Part shown: positions 52,418 to 63,509 of the stretch, piece by piece
Layout: every line of letters begins with the position of its first letter
How positions within the stretch are numbered: the first letter of the stretch is position 1
Assembly: GCA_963422205.2 (NCBI GenBank)
Contig: CAXMWX010000001.1
Location: forward strand, 224,001-288,000
Origin: Gammaproteobacteria bacterium
GTDB taxonomy: Bacteria; Pseudomonadota; Gammaproteobacteria; Eutrophobiales; Eutrophobiaceae
Direction: 5' to 3'
Length of the DNA stretch: 64,000 nucleotides
Notes under the pieces: model-generated
Databases searched by the model: none
What the model saw: only the letters and a program-made list of their open reading frames with translations
Told to the model about the DNA's origin: nothing
Position numbers and translations under genes: made by a program

Positions 52418-53796
52418 ATGTTCGATAATTTACGTGATCGCCTGACTGGTATCGTCAAGGAGTTGAAGGGCCAGGCACAGATAACCGAGGCAAACATGGC
52501 CGCCACGCTGCGTGAGGTACGCATGGCCCTGCTGGAGGCCGATGTTGCCTTGCCGGTCGTTACCCGGTTTATCGATACCGTCAGGCAAAACGCCCTGGGC
52601 CAGTCGGTCATGACCAGCCTGACGCCGGGACAGGCGATGGTAAAAATTGTACAGCATGAGCTGATCAGCCTGATGGGCGAGACCGGCGCCGAGCTGAATC
52701 TGCACGTGCCGCCGCCTGCGGTGATCCTGCTGGCTGGCCTGCAAGGTGCGGGCAAGACCACCACGGTAGCCAAGCTGGGCTGCTGGCTGCAAGCAGAGAA
52801 GAAAAAAAGCGTGATGGTGGCAAGCTGTGATGTCTACCGGCCAGCCGCCCTGGAGCAACTCGAAATTCTGGCGAGAGATAACGCCCTGGTGCATTTCCCT
52901 GCCACGCCTTCCGAGCAGCCCGTGACCATTGCCGCCGCCGCCTTGCAGCAGGCCAGGACACAGTTTGTCGATGTGCTGCTGGTGGATACGGCCGGTCGTT
53001 TGCATATTGATGCAGAGATGATGCAGGAGATCAGCGAAATCCATGCGGCCTTGTCGCCGAGTGATACGGTGTTTGTGGTGGACAGCATGATGGGTCAGGA
53101 TGCGGTCAATGCGGCTAACGCGTTCAACGCCGCCGTGCCGTTGACCGGCACCATCCTGACCAAGACCGATGGGGATGCCCGTGGTGGTGCGGCATTATCG
53201 GTGCGTCATGTCACGGGCAAGCCCATTCTGTTCATGGGCACGGGTGAAAAATCATCAGCGCTTAGCCCGTTTTATCCAGAGCGCATCGCTTCGCGCATCC
53301 TTGGCATGGGCGATGTGCTTAGCCTGATTGAAGAGGTTGAGCAGAAAGCCGATCAGCAAAAAGCAGAGCGGCTTGCCAGGAAAGTGAAGCAAGGCAAAGG
53401 CTTTAACCTGACCGACTATCAGGAACAGATCAGGCAGATGCAAAACCTCGGCGGCCTGGCGGGGATCATGGACAAGCTGCCGAGCATGGGCGGCACTGTC
53501 CCGGCTGCCGCCATGAACCCGGCCATGAACAGGGGCGGCGATGAGCAACTGGCCAGGGTAGATGCGATCATCAATTCCATGACGCCGGGCGAGCGCCGCC
53601 ATCCTGCGATCATCAACGGCGCCAGAAAAAAACGCATTGCGGGCGGCTCAGGCACACAGATACAGGATGTAAATCGGGTCTTGAAGCAGTTCACCCAGAT
53701 GCAGAAGATGATGAGGAAGCTGTCAAAAAAAAGGCGGCATGAAGAAACATGATGCGCGGTCTTAAAGGCAATCTGCCGCCTGGCTTCAAGTTCTAG
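52418..53796 (+). CDS. ffh: Signal recognition particle protein (3' end frameshifted as read)
   Basis: GLQGAGKTT, DTAGR, TK.DGDARGG, RILGMGD; removing two extra A's gives KKGGMKNMMRGLKG..F and a stop at 53796. Confidence 0.95.
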
Positions 53797-53797
53797 T

Positions 53798-54346
53798 CTA
53801 TGCCTTGATGTCGCTGCTGGCGGCGATCAGCGCTTCACAGCGTGCATCGCCAGGGACGATAAATAACAGCACAAAACCAGGCCATGCTCCATTCGGCGAT
53901 GCTCAATGACAGGAAAGGTCCAGTCAACCTCGGCGCATTCACCGGCCCTCGGTCAGGATTAGCGCGATGGCTTCAAAAAAGGGAAAGGCTTGCAGCAGGA
54001 AATCAAGCCCGGGGCCACACTCCGGCACCTGCTCGGCGGGCAGGTGTTGCAGCCAGACCTGCCGACCGGCAAGACCGGCACCGATACCGGCGCTGATACC
54101 GGCCAGGCCGCTGTAGACTTGTCGGCCTGTCTTTCCCAACCCCGCCAGGAGATGGCCATGCAAGAGGCCGAGGCAGGCAGAACAACAGCACAACCCATGA
54201 AGGCAATGCGTTTGCAGAATTGCACAGCGGGCAGGGTTTCCAGGCCGAGGCCAAATTGCAGGTAGTAACCGTAGCCGAGCAGGCCGATACAGAGCAGGAC
54301 AGTCGGCAAATAAAACCGGGCGCGATTGCTGCAATAACCCATTCAT
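53798..54346 (-). pseudogene. dsbB: Disulfide bond formation protein B, frameshifted (probable sequence error)
   Basis: Across frames: YYLQ..LGLE, PCPLC, RQVWLQHLP..VPECGPGL, ECAEVDW; end approximate. Confidence 0.8.
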
Positions 54347-55325
54347 CGGATCACAGGTGTTTGCCTGAGAAATGCCGGGATCCGCTGCTCCAGCCAATAC
54401 ACCGGATGCCACGGACAAGGCCCACTGACAAAGCCGACATGCCCGCCCATGTCGTGATAATTCCAGCCTCACCCGGGACGATAATTCGCTCGCCTGAGGG
54501 ATGGCATCGGCGGTCATGAACGGATCATCTTCAGCATGCAGCAGCAGCGTGGGTACGGTGATGGTGCCAAGGTATTGACGGGAGCTGCTGCGGGCATAGT
54601 AGTCATCAGCATCAGCAAAGCCGTGCAGGGGGGCGGTGATCTGATTATCGAAGTCATAGAAATTTTTCAGTGTCCGGAGGTGATCAACCCGGATAGCCGG
54701 GGGCAGGCGGGTGAATTTATCAAGCAGTTTTTTCCTGAGACTGACGATAAGATGTCGCTGGTAGCCTCTGGATAATCCCCGGTTCAGCTTTTTTGCGCCG
54801 ACTTTCAAGCAGTAGATCACCGAGACGGCAGCAGCAGCACTGATCTTCTCTGCTCTGTCTGCCTCGCCTAAGTATTTGAGCAGGGCATTGCCGCCCAGTG
54901 AATAGCCGATGGCGGCGAGCTTTTGCTCAGGGAATCGTGCCCTCATGGTGTCGACCAGATAGCCAATATCACCCGTGTCACCGGAATGGTAGCCACGTTG
55001 CAGGCGGTTATGTTCACCGCTGCAACCACGAAAGTGCATGAAGACCGCCTGCCAGCCGTGTTGTTTGCAGTGCCGTTAGCATGGGCTTGGCATAATGCGA
55101 ATGGATAGAGCCTTCCAGCCCATGAAAGACCAGCACGACCGGACCCGCTGCCTGCTTTTGTCTTCGCCAGATCAACAAAAATCGCCGTCCGGCAATTCCA
55201 GCCGCTCGCTCGTCAGGGGCAATGTTGGGCGCCGGCGAAAAAAAGTGTGGCCAGATGGTTTGCAGGTGTGCACCGGGGCAACCACCAGGCGGGTTTAAAA
55301 TGCGGAATTGTACGTCCTGCTTCAC
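54343..55325 (-). pseudogene. yheT: YheT-like alpha/beta hydrolase, frameshifted
   Basis: HLQTIW, FHGLEGS..SHY, HFRGCSG..N, YHSG.T.D, GYSLGGN, H..DDPFM in different frames. Confidence 0.8.
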
Positions 55326-55329
55326 TTCA

Positions 55330-56248
55330 CATACCGGGTCAGCACAGGGTGATTGTTGCATTCTCCACCCCATCAACACGCAGCCCCTGCTCATCCTGGT
55401 ATTGCCGGTCAATCACGCCTAACAGGTGGTGCTGTTTATCTGTCTTTACCGCCGTGATAAACCGTGCCTGCCTTCTTGCCGTTGCGGGCGATGATTTTTG
55501 CTGCCCGCTGGAATGTGCTGCTCGGCCTGGCTTGTTTGCCCGGTGCAGGCGGCGTTTTTACCTGTCCCCGATAGTGTATGCGGGCGATGATCTCTTGGCC
55601 GGGATAACAGCCTTTCTCATAGCTCATGATACCGAACGCATCCAGGCTCATCTCCTGCGGGATAAACGCTTCAGCCGTGGCCTCATCCAGCCAGGGACAG
55701 CGCTGCTGTATCTCCAGCAGTGACCATTGCGCGGCAGCATAGACCGGCAGGGTGGCCGCCAGATCAGCACAGATCGCCTCCGCCTTGTCAGCCTCGACGA
55801 CCAGCAGGCTGCCACCTGTCAGATACGCCATGCCCAGCATACCCTCTTGCGTGATGCACTGATTTTTTATTGGCAATGGGCAGGCCGCTGTGCTGCAAGG
55901 GCGGCATGGCCGGCATGTAAACAGTCCGAGACAGGCAAGCTGCTCCCGTTTATCGGTGATGGTCAGCTGTGCGCGCAGGACAAACATCTGCAAGCGCTGC
56001 ATAACGCCTTGCTGCAAAATCATGCGGTAAGACCAGGGTGTAATTTCTCACCATCAAAGGCAATGATGAAGTTGCAGAGACTGCGGCCCTTGGGGCGTAC
56101 ACCAGGCGCTCAGGCTGGCGGTGCCGGCCGGCATGTTGTTAATATCGCTGATGAAACTGGGCATGGAGGAACTCACCGGCATCCGGGCCGCTTACCTCCA
56201 GCACCGCCCGGTCGGTTAATCGGGCGAGGCCGGGCTGTGTTAATTCAT
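55330..56248 (-). pseudogene. ygfZ: Folate-binding Fe-S repair protein YgfZ, frameshifted
   Basis: V.G.DA..FL..Q, RLQMFVLRA, FIPQ, KGCYPGQE..AR.HYRG; boundaries approximate. Confidence 0.82.
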
Positions 56249-56541
56249 CCAGGGACAGCCTTGGTTGCGGTGGGTTTGTGCAGAAAACGGCTGCTCTGCC
56301 AGCGGTTGCAACTGCCCGATAATGGGCAGGTACAGCGTGTTGGGCGGGGATGAAACGCCCCATGACCCAGGCATAGATGTCCAAATCAGCCTCTTGCAGC
56401 AACTCGGCAAAAAATTACCTGTTTCCTGCTTGTCGAGTGCGGGAAACTCCTGCTCCAGGAAGCGCAGCAAACAGTATGTCCAAACTCTTTGATACCGCGC
56501 CGACAACGCCAGCGCAGCCGGGATAGTTGTGGCTCATCCAC
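56240..56541 (-). pseudogene. sdhE: Succinate dehydrogenase assembly factor SdhE, frameshifted
   Basis: GTG start; RLRWRCRRGIKE, then LLRFLE and LQEAD.DI.AW in other frames. Confidence 0.8.
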
Positions 56542-56547
56542 GATGGC

Positions 56548-57330
56548 TTACATGGTGCGTGATACCATCAGCTTCTTGATTTCAGCAATGGCCCTGGCAG
56601 GGTTTAATCCCTTGGGACAGGTGTTGGTACAGTTCATAATCGTATGACAACGATACAGGCGGAAGGGGTCTTCGAGATCGTCCAGGCGCTCGCCGGTGTT
56701 CTCATCACGGCTGTCAATGATCCAGCGGTAGGCCTGCAAGAGGGTTGCCGGGCCAAGGTAGCGGTCGCTGTTCCACCAGTAGCTGGGGCAGGAGGTTGAA
56801 CAACAGGCACACAGAATACATTCATACAAACCATCCAGCTTTTCTCTCTCGGCAACCGATTGCAGCCGCTCGCTGTCCGGTGGGGCCGGGGTTTCAGTCT
56901 GCATCCAGGGTTTAATCGCAGCATATTGTGCATAGAAATGAGTCAAGTCCGGCACCAGGTCTTTACGCACGTGCATGTGTGGCAGCGGATAGACCTTGCC
57001 ATCGCCACGGATCTCGTTGATGCCCTTGGTGCAGGCCAGGGTATTGGTGCCGTCAATATTCATGGCACAGGAGCCACAGATCCCCTCACGGCAGGAGCGG
57101 CGGAATGTCAGGGTGGGGTCAAGTGCATTCTTGATATAGATCAGCGCATCAAGCACCATCGGGCCGCATTTGTCCAGATCGATCTCATAGCTGTCAAGGC
57201 GCGGATTCTCATCGGTATCCGGGTCCCAGCGGTAGATGCGAAATACTTTGCTGCGCTGGCTGCCGTTGGCCGCCGATATGCTCTTCCCCGGTGTGATTGT
57301 GGAATGCTTTGGTAAGGTAAATTCCGCCAT
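56548..57330 (-). CDS. sdhB: Succinate dehydrogenase Fe-S subunit
   Basis: [34 protein letters not shown]. Confidence 0.97.
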   Translation of the reverse strand: MAEFTLPKHSTITPGKSISAANGSQRSKVFRIYRWDPDTDENPRLDSYEIDLDKCGPMVLDALIYIKNALDPTLTFRRSCREGICGSCAMNIDGTNTLACTKGINEIRGDGKVYPLPHMHVRKDLVPDLTHFYAQYAAIKPWMQTETPAPPDSERLQSVAEREKLDGLYECILCACCSTSCPSYWWNSDRYLGPATLLQAYRWIIDSRDENTGERLDDLEDPFRLYRCHTIMNCTNTCPKGLNPARAIAEIKKLMVSRTM

Positions 57331-57361
57331 GGGTATTCTCTTCGCTGTGTCGTTGATAAAC

Positions 57362-59152
57362 TTAATAAACGCGCTTTTTCGGCGGCACCACGTCCACCTC
57401 ATCCGACAGGGTGAACAGGTGTACCGGCCGGTAGGCAAAGCTCACCGCCCCTGAGTGAATATCCAGCCAGGACAGGGTATGTTGCATCCAGTTCTGATCG
57501 TCACGGTCGGGGTAATCTTCACGGGCATGGGCGCCCCGGCTCTCCTTGCGATTCTCCGCCGAACAAATACTGACCAGCGCATTTTGCAACAGGTTCTCAA
57601 GCTCCAGGGTCTCCACCAGATCCGTATTCCAGATCATGGAACGATCAGAGACATGCACATCGCCCAGCGAGGCATAGATGGCATCCATTTTTTTCATGCC
57701 CTCCTGCAACACCTCACCCGTGCGAAACACCGCAGCGTTGGTCTGCATGGTGCGCTGCATGTCATCCCGGATGGCGGCGGTTTTTCTCTCGCCCCTGGCG
57801 TGACGCAGGCGATCCAGACGGCTCAGGGCCATCTCATTGACCGATGCCGGCAAGGGCTTGTGCGGTGCGCCCGGCGTGATATGGGCAGCGGCATGGTTAG
57901 CGGCCGCCCGGCCAAAGACCACCAGGTCCAGCAGGCTGTTTGAGCCTAGGCGGTTGGCACCATGCACCGAGATACAGGCCGCCTCGCCTATGGCCATCAA
58001 GCCTTCAACGACTGTCTCCGGGTCGCCGTCTTTTAAGGTGAGCACCTGGCCGTGGTAATTGGTGGGGATCCCGCCCATGTTGTAATGCACGGTGGGCAGC
58101 ACCGGTATCGGTGCTTTGCTGACATCAACACCGGCAAAGATACGGGCCGACTCGGCAATCCCCGGCAGACGTTTATGAATGATCTCGGGGCCCAAGTGTT
58201 CCAGGTGCAGGTGAATATGATCGCTATGCTCACCCACACCGCGGCCCTCACGGATCTCCATCGTCATCGAGCGACTGACGACATCGCGTGAGGCCAGGTC
58301 TTTTGCTGACGGGGCGTAGCGCTCCATGAACCTCTCGCCAGCGGCATTGGTCAAGTAGCCGCCCTCGCCGCGCACGCCTTCGGTGATCAGGCAGCCAGCA
58401 CCATAAATGCCCGTGGGATGAAACTGGGTGAATTCCATGTCCTGCAGGGCCAGCCCGGCGCGTAACACCATGGCATTGCCATCGCCCGTGCAGGTGTGCG
58501 CTGAGGTGCAGGAGAAATAACTGCGACCATAACCGCCAGTCGCCAGCACCACGCTGTGACCGCGAAAGACATGCAGGCTGCCATCTTCCAGATTCCAGGC
58601 CAGCACACCGCGGCAGATCCCCTCATCCATGAGTAGATCAATCGCAAAATACTCAACGAAGAACTCGGCATCGTGTTTTAAGGATTGCTGGTAGAGCGTG
58701 TGCAGGATCGCATGGCCGGTACGATCGGCCGCCGCACAGGTGCGTTGTGCCGTGCCTTCCCCGTAGTTGGTGGTCATGCCGCCGAAGGGACGTTGATAGA
58801 TCGTGCCGTGTTCAGTGCGGGAGAAAGGCACACCGTAATGTTCCAGTTCAATCACCGCCGGAATGGCCTCACGGCACATGTATTCAATGGCATCCTGATC
58901 GCCCAGCCAGTCTGAACCCTTAATCGTATCGTACATGTGCCAGCGCCAGTCATCTTCGCCCATGTTGCCCAAAGCGGCGCTCATACCGCCCTGGGCGGCC
59001 ACGGTGTGGCTGCGAGTGGGGAAGACCTTGGTGATGCAGGCCGTCTTCAAGCCCTTGGCCGCCATGCCAAAGGTCGCCCGTAAGCCTGCACCGCCTGCAC
59101 CAACGATGACAATATCGTACTGATGTTCATGGATTGGGTAGGCGGTGGTCAT
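57362..59152 (-). CDS. sdhA: Succinate dehydrogenase flavoprotein
   Basis: [45 protein letters not shown]. Confidence 0.97.
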   Translation of the reverse strand: MTTAYPIHEHQYDIVIVGAGGAGLRATFGMAAKGLKTACITKVFPTRSHTVAAQGGMSAALGNMGEDDWRWHMYDTIKGSDWLGDQDAIEYMCREAIPAVIELEHYGVPFSRTEHGTIYQRPFGGMTTNYGEGTAQRTCAAADRTGHAILHTLYQQSLKHDAEFFVEYFAIDLLMDEGICRGVLAWNLEDGSLHVFRGHSVVLATGGYGRSYFSCTSAHTCTGDGNAMVLRAGLALQDMEFTQFHPTGIYGAGCLITEGVRGEGGYLTNAAGERFMERYAPSAKDLASRDVVSRSMTMEIREGRGVGEHSDHIHLHLEHLGPEIIHKRLPGIAESARIFAGVDVSKAPIPVLPTVHYNMGGIPTNYHGQVLTLKDGDPETVVEGLMAIGEAACISVHGANRLGSNSLLDLVVFGRAAANHAAAHITPGAPHKPLPASVNEMALSRLDRLRHARGERKTAAIRDDMQRTMQTNAAVFRTGEVLQEGMKKMDAIYASLGDVHVSDRSMIWNTDLVETLELENLLQNALVSICSAENRKESRGAHAREDYPDRDDQNWMQHTLSWLDIHSGAVSFAYRPVHLFTLSDEVDVVPPKKRVY

Positions 59153-59158
59153 GGGGTG

Positions 59159-59539
59159 TCAAGCGCCTGCGTAAATTTTCATGATGGCCAGCACGGAGAT
59201 AACCGCCGCCAGTGTAGCCAGGAACTTGACCAGGATGATGGCGCTGATCTTCTGCCATTCCGAGTCAATGTAATCTTCAATGATGATCTGTATGCCTAGC
59301 TGGGCATGGTAGAACAGGCAGGGAATAAAGAGAACCAGCAATACGGCGGTCAGCGGGGTCGTGATCCAGGCGATGATATTGCCATAGGCAAACGATGGCA
59401 TCACCGTCAGCGCATAGATAAACCAGAGCGAGAGTGGCACCAGCGCAATCGCACTCAGGCGCTGATACCACCAGTGATGCGTGCCTTCCCTGGCAGAGCC
59501 GAGGCCGCGTACTCTGGCCAGCGGGGTTTGCAGGCTCAC
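59159..59539 (-). CDS. sdhD: Succinate dehydrogenase membrane anchor
   Basis: TPL.RVRGLGSA..G..HWW.QR, H..LG...IIEDY; GTG start overlaps the sdhC stop. Confidence 0.93.
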   Translation of the reverse strand: MSLQTPLARVRGLGSAREGTHHWWYQRLSAIALVPLSLWFIYALTVMPSFAYGNIIAWITTPLTAVLLVLFIPCLFYHAQLGIQIIIEDYIDSEWQKISAIILVKFLATLAAVISVLAIMKIYAGA

Positions 59540-59919
59540 AGGCTTATCCTGATATAAACAGTCGCCGCCGTGAGCAGCACAGAGGCGATGATCACAGCAT
59601 AACCGGAGCGGTAAGCCGTAGCCAGTTCCAGGCCAGCACCGATGTCCCAGAACAGGTGGCGGATGCCGTTCAGCAGGTGGTAGTAGAGCGAGAACAGGAT
59701 GGCAACGATGAGGGTGATGCCATACCATCGCTGTATATGGGTTAAGATGGCGGTGTAATTCTCTGCCCCATTGGCGATGGCAATCAGCCAGTAACATAGG
59801 AGCAGCGAAGCGATGCTCAGCCCGATGCCCGTGGCCCTGTGGGTGATCGACAACACCGAGGTCAACTGCGGCTTGTAGATTTGCAGGTGCGGTGATAATG
59901 GCGTTTGTCTGTCCGGCAT
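59536..59919 (-). CDS. sdhC: Succinate dehydrogenase cytochrome b556
   Basis: PLSPHLQIY, SI.HR.TG, H..NGIRHLFWD.G. Confidence 0.95.
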   Translation of the reverse strand: MPDRQTPLSPHLQIYKPQLTSVLSITHRATGIGLSIASLLLCYWLIAIANGAENYTAILTHIQRWYGITLIVAILFSLYYHLLNGIRHLFWDIGAGLELATAYRSGYAVIIASVLLTAATVYIRISL

Positions 59920-60231
59920 CGTGCGGTTTCCGTGTGGGGTATGTTTGCCTAAAAAACGTCTAACTTTGCCCTGTGATCAGCTAAAAATCAATACAGCGGC
60001 CTTTATGCTCCCAATCACCGTAGCGTGTGGGTTCCGGGCCCCTGGGGCCGCCGGTCTCTTTGATCTGGCCGGGGTTTTTCTTCACTTTATCAGCAACCTG
60101 TTGCTCTGTGCTGTCGTGTTTTTTCTGTGCGTCTTTTCTCATGCGATAGAGCTGCCGTTATTATCTGCCGATGCCATACGTCAATCAACATCAAGGGGCA
60201 GTATGTTTATTATCCGAAAGGATTGCAAGCC

Positions 60232-60726
60232 ATGACTGATCCCTGCCGGCCGGATGCTGCCAGCCCCTCTGACAACCGGCCTGCTTCGCCGTTTGCATCT
60301 GCATTTGAACAGCCCTTGAGCTTCGCCTACCGACCGCCCCGAAGTCTCCTGCTATTGCAGATTCTGGCCTTTGTGTTGGCCTTTTATGCGATCGCCATGG
60401 CGCTGCTGTCAGCGGCTGTTAAGTGGCTGTGTTATGTGGTGCTGGCGGTCTATTTGTTGCGGCAGCTGGATCGGTTTTTGACCGCCGGCGCTGCTCAGGT
60501 GTTACATTTATCTGCAACCGATGAATGGTATCTCTATACGGCGACCGAAAAGCAGAAGCTGACCCTGCGGCATGATGTGTTGATACACCATCGAATCGCC
60601 GTGCTGAATTTTCATGATGCGGCAAAGCGGCGCTATGATTTTATCCTGACCAGAGAGAATGCCGATGCTGAGATGCTGCGGGTATTGCGTGTCAGGTTGC
60701 GGCATAAGCGACAGGTTTGGCGATAG
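60232..60726 (+). CDS. YgfX-like membrane protein
   Basis: Two N-terminal TM helices, beta-rich middle, C-terminal R.LRVRLR. Confidence 0.55.
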   Translation: MTDPCRPDAASPSDNRPASPFASAFEQPLSFAYRPPRSLLLLQILAFVLAFYAIAMALLSAAVKWLCYVVLAVYLLRQLDRFLTAGAAQVLHLSATDEWYLYTATEKQKLTLRHDVLIHHRIAVLNFHDAAKRRYDFILTRENADAEMLRVLRVRLRHKRQVWR

Positions 60727-60776
60727 CGGCTGATTAAAATTGGTAGTACCATATATGGTATTCAAATTCAACGACC

Positions 60777-61968
60777 ATGGAGGTTACGGAAATGTCACAA
60801 CGATCTCAAAGAATACCTGATGTTATCAAAGAGGTGATGGGTTTATATGAACAGTTGAAGAAAGCACACGGTACTTTTCGTCGGATAACACCGGAGCATG
60901 TAAAAAGTAGTCGAGATGAATATCGTAATGATTGGAGTAACCAAAATACAGACAGGGTAATGAAGAACCGCGAGAAACCTGTAGAGGAGCAGGATCTGAA
61001 GTTATGGGAATTAATTCGCCACCTATATGGAAAAACTGAAGAGATATTTTTCCTGTTTGATGCCGTTAATACGCAATATCTAGAGGGAATTCCGACGGAA
61101 CTGAGCGATTATTTTTACAAAACAATTCGACCACGGCGGAAACAATTATCCGAATTATTCAAAGAGACTGAGATAGTTATCGAGAGTAGGCCACGCAGAG
61201 ATACTGGTGATGACACCCCCGATGACATAAAGAATGAACCCGATGAGATAAAGAAACTCCTGAAAGAGGTTCTGCACTATTACATCAATAATGAGGGGGT
61301 TTTCAAAGAAACCATAGACTACGATCTAATAGAACGGCTAAAAAAACATACGCAGCGAAGATGAGTTTTTAGATGAGTATTTTATCGATGCTATTCTACA
61401 AAGAAGGGACGAATATTACGGTGAAGATGCCTACTTTGGCGGCGAAGAGCAAGCAAAATCCGAAAATACTGGTTATGTCGGCTTATTGCAGGGTTTATTA
61501 CACGAGCCATTCTTTCAACCCCAGATATGGATAGATAATAAGCAGCAGCTTGAACCCATCCTGGTTAGCGATAAGGACGTAAACATTCCAAAACCCGTAC
61601 TTAAAAGGTTGGAAGAACTCAACCAATGTCTATTATTTGGTCTTGATAGAGCCGCCGTCAGCATGGCAAGGGCCACACTTGAGTTTGCTATCAGATACAA
61701 GTACGGGGCTAAGGAGAGCGGGCAGAAACTGCAATGTCTGAAAAATAAAGGCAGGGATAATGATGTTAATTTGAAGAAAATGATTAAAGAGGTCAGCGGC
61801 TTGCTTGATTTTGACTATAAAAAATTAAACGAGATCAGGCTATGCGGTAATCAGGTATTACACCTCATATCCGATGATCCGCCAGCGGAGTTTCCTCTGA
61901 AAGAAGGAATTACTAATAAAATCATGCAGACGCTATGGGAATTTTTGACAAGACTTTATAGCGAGTGA
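60777..61968 (+). pseudogene. AT-rich hypothetical gene with C-terminal DUF4145/HEPN-like domain, split at an A7 run
   Basis: ORFs 60777-61364 and 61486-61968 join if one A at 61340-61346 is removed; C..FGL..AA..MAR.TLE and IR..GN..LH motifs. Confidence 0.65.
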
Positions 61969-62031
61969 TACAAGCTACGGGCAGGCTTCGGTGCTTCGCT
62001 GTCGTGGGCAGGGTTTACAGGCACAGGCGTA

Positions 62032-62844
62032 TCATGTATTGCGCCAGGCGATCCACAGTTTGTGCAATGGCGATAAAACAATATGTTGCTGCATGATATT
62101 TTTATCACTGGCCAGGTAAGCGGCCAGTTGTGACAGCAGGGAGCAGCACAACACACGAGCGAAGATCAGGTGTGTATCATCCCTGTTGACAAGGGTGTAT
62201 TTGTCAGCGCGCAGATCCTTCTCCACCCATTGCAACAGCTGCCGTAATAACCTGCTGCAACGCTCATCGGCTGCTTGTTCTGTGAGCGTCTGTAGTGTTA
62301 TCCCGTGTTGGTGCAACAGGTGGGCGGGCAGGGGCTGTCTGCCGGCGGCGATGAGACGATGCAGATAATGCAGTTGCTCTATCATTGAGGCACACGCCAG
62401 TATTCGGGCCAGTATGCTGATGGTCTCCTGCCCTTCGGCATGGCAGAGCCTGGCGATATGCAGGGCGGTGGCGTGACAGCGTTGTTCGTGTTGCTGTTGC
62501 CAGTCATGGTAGCTGTCGATGGGCTGGCATTGCAGCAGCAGATCGCAGGCATGCAGAGATGAGATAAACGCATGATGATCGAGGGTCATGTCATGCTGTT
62601 GCAGGAGACGAGTGATGGGATGGTGCGCCCGGCCCTGCTGTAATCGCATCAGCTCATCGCCCCACCAGGCAAGGCTGAGCCTGGCGGCGCCCGGGTCTGT
62701 GCTTTGAAAAATCAGCGTGGACAACTCATTATGCAGTGCCAGCAGGGGATGTAGCCGGCTTGCTTGTGGCTGATACAGGCAGGCATAGTAGAAATGCGAG
62801 CCGGCGGGTATGCCTTTATCTGCACAGAGCTGGCCTGTGTTCAT
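62032..62844 (-). CDS. Squalene/phytoene synthase-fold protein (HpnD-like, degenerate)
   Basis: GS.FYY, DP..AR..LAWW..EL, HPI, L.P..KLWIAW. Confidence 0.75.
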   Translation of the reverse strand: MNTGQLCADKGIPAGSHFYYACLYQPQASRLHPLLALHNELSTLIFQSTDPGAARLSLAWWGDELMRLQQGRAHHPITRLLQQHDMTLDHHAFISSLHACDLLLQCQPIDSYHDWQQQHEQRCHATALHIARLCHAEGQETISILARILACASMIEQLHYLHRLIAAGRQPLPAHLLHQHGITLQTLTEQAADERCSRLLRQLLQWVEKDLRADKYTLVNRDDTHLIFARVLCCSLLSQLAAYLASDKNIMQQHIVLSPLHKLWIAWRNT

Positions 62845-63509
62845 GTCGCCTGATCCAGCCAGTCAAGCACCTGTGTCGGGCGGTTGATGATGCCATCGGC
62901 GCCCCACTCAAGCGGCTTATCGTCCGCCCCCAGATAGCCGTATGCTGCCACCAGCGTCTTCATGCCAGCCCCTCTGCCGGCCTGAATGTCACGCTCGGCA
63001 TCGCCGACATACAAGGTCTTTGCGGGATCACATTGTAATAGCTGGCAAGCATGAAGCAGGGGGGCGGGATCGGGCTTGCATACCGTTAAGGTATCGCCAG
63101 AGACGATGCAGGGCGTGCGTTTATCCAGCCCCAGTGCTGTCAGCAGGGGGCCGGTCAGCCAGCCCGGCTTGTTGGTCACAATCCCCCATTTCATGTCATT
63201 GGCCGTGATTCTCTTCAGCACCCTATCCATGCCCGGGAAAGGTGCGCTGTGTACGGCCAGGTTGTCTTGATAGCATTGCAGAAACTGCTGGCGCAGCCTG
63301 TCAAATTCAGGATCAGATTGCCTGATAGCAAATGCCAGTTCCAGCATGGCGGCGGCGCCCAATGAGACCTTCGGCCGGATAGTGGCAAAGGGCAGCCGTG
63401 GCCGATTATTGGCGGCCAGTGTATGGTTCAGGGCATCGGCGATATCCGGCGCCGTGTCCACCAGGGTGCCATCCAGATCAAACAGAATGGCTTGCAGCCC
63501 GGGTTTCAT
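62841..63509 (-). CDS. gph: HAD phosphatase (phosphoglycolate phosphatase / MupP-like)
   Basis: FDLDGTL, VTNK, KPDP.P, YVGDAERDI; follows ubiG. Confidence 0.88.
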   Translation of the reverse strand: MKPGLQAILFDLDGTLVDTAPDIADALNHTLAANNRPRLPFATIRPKVSLGAAAMLELAFAIRQSDPEFDRLRQQFLQCYQDNLAVHSAPFPGMDRVLKRITANDMKWGIVTNKPGWLTGPLLTALGLDKRTPCIVSGDTLTVCKPDPAPLLHACQLLQCDPAKTLYVGDAERDIQAGRGAGMKTLVAAYGYLGADDKPLEWGADGIINRPTQVLDWLDQAT

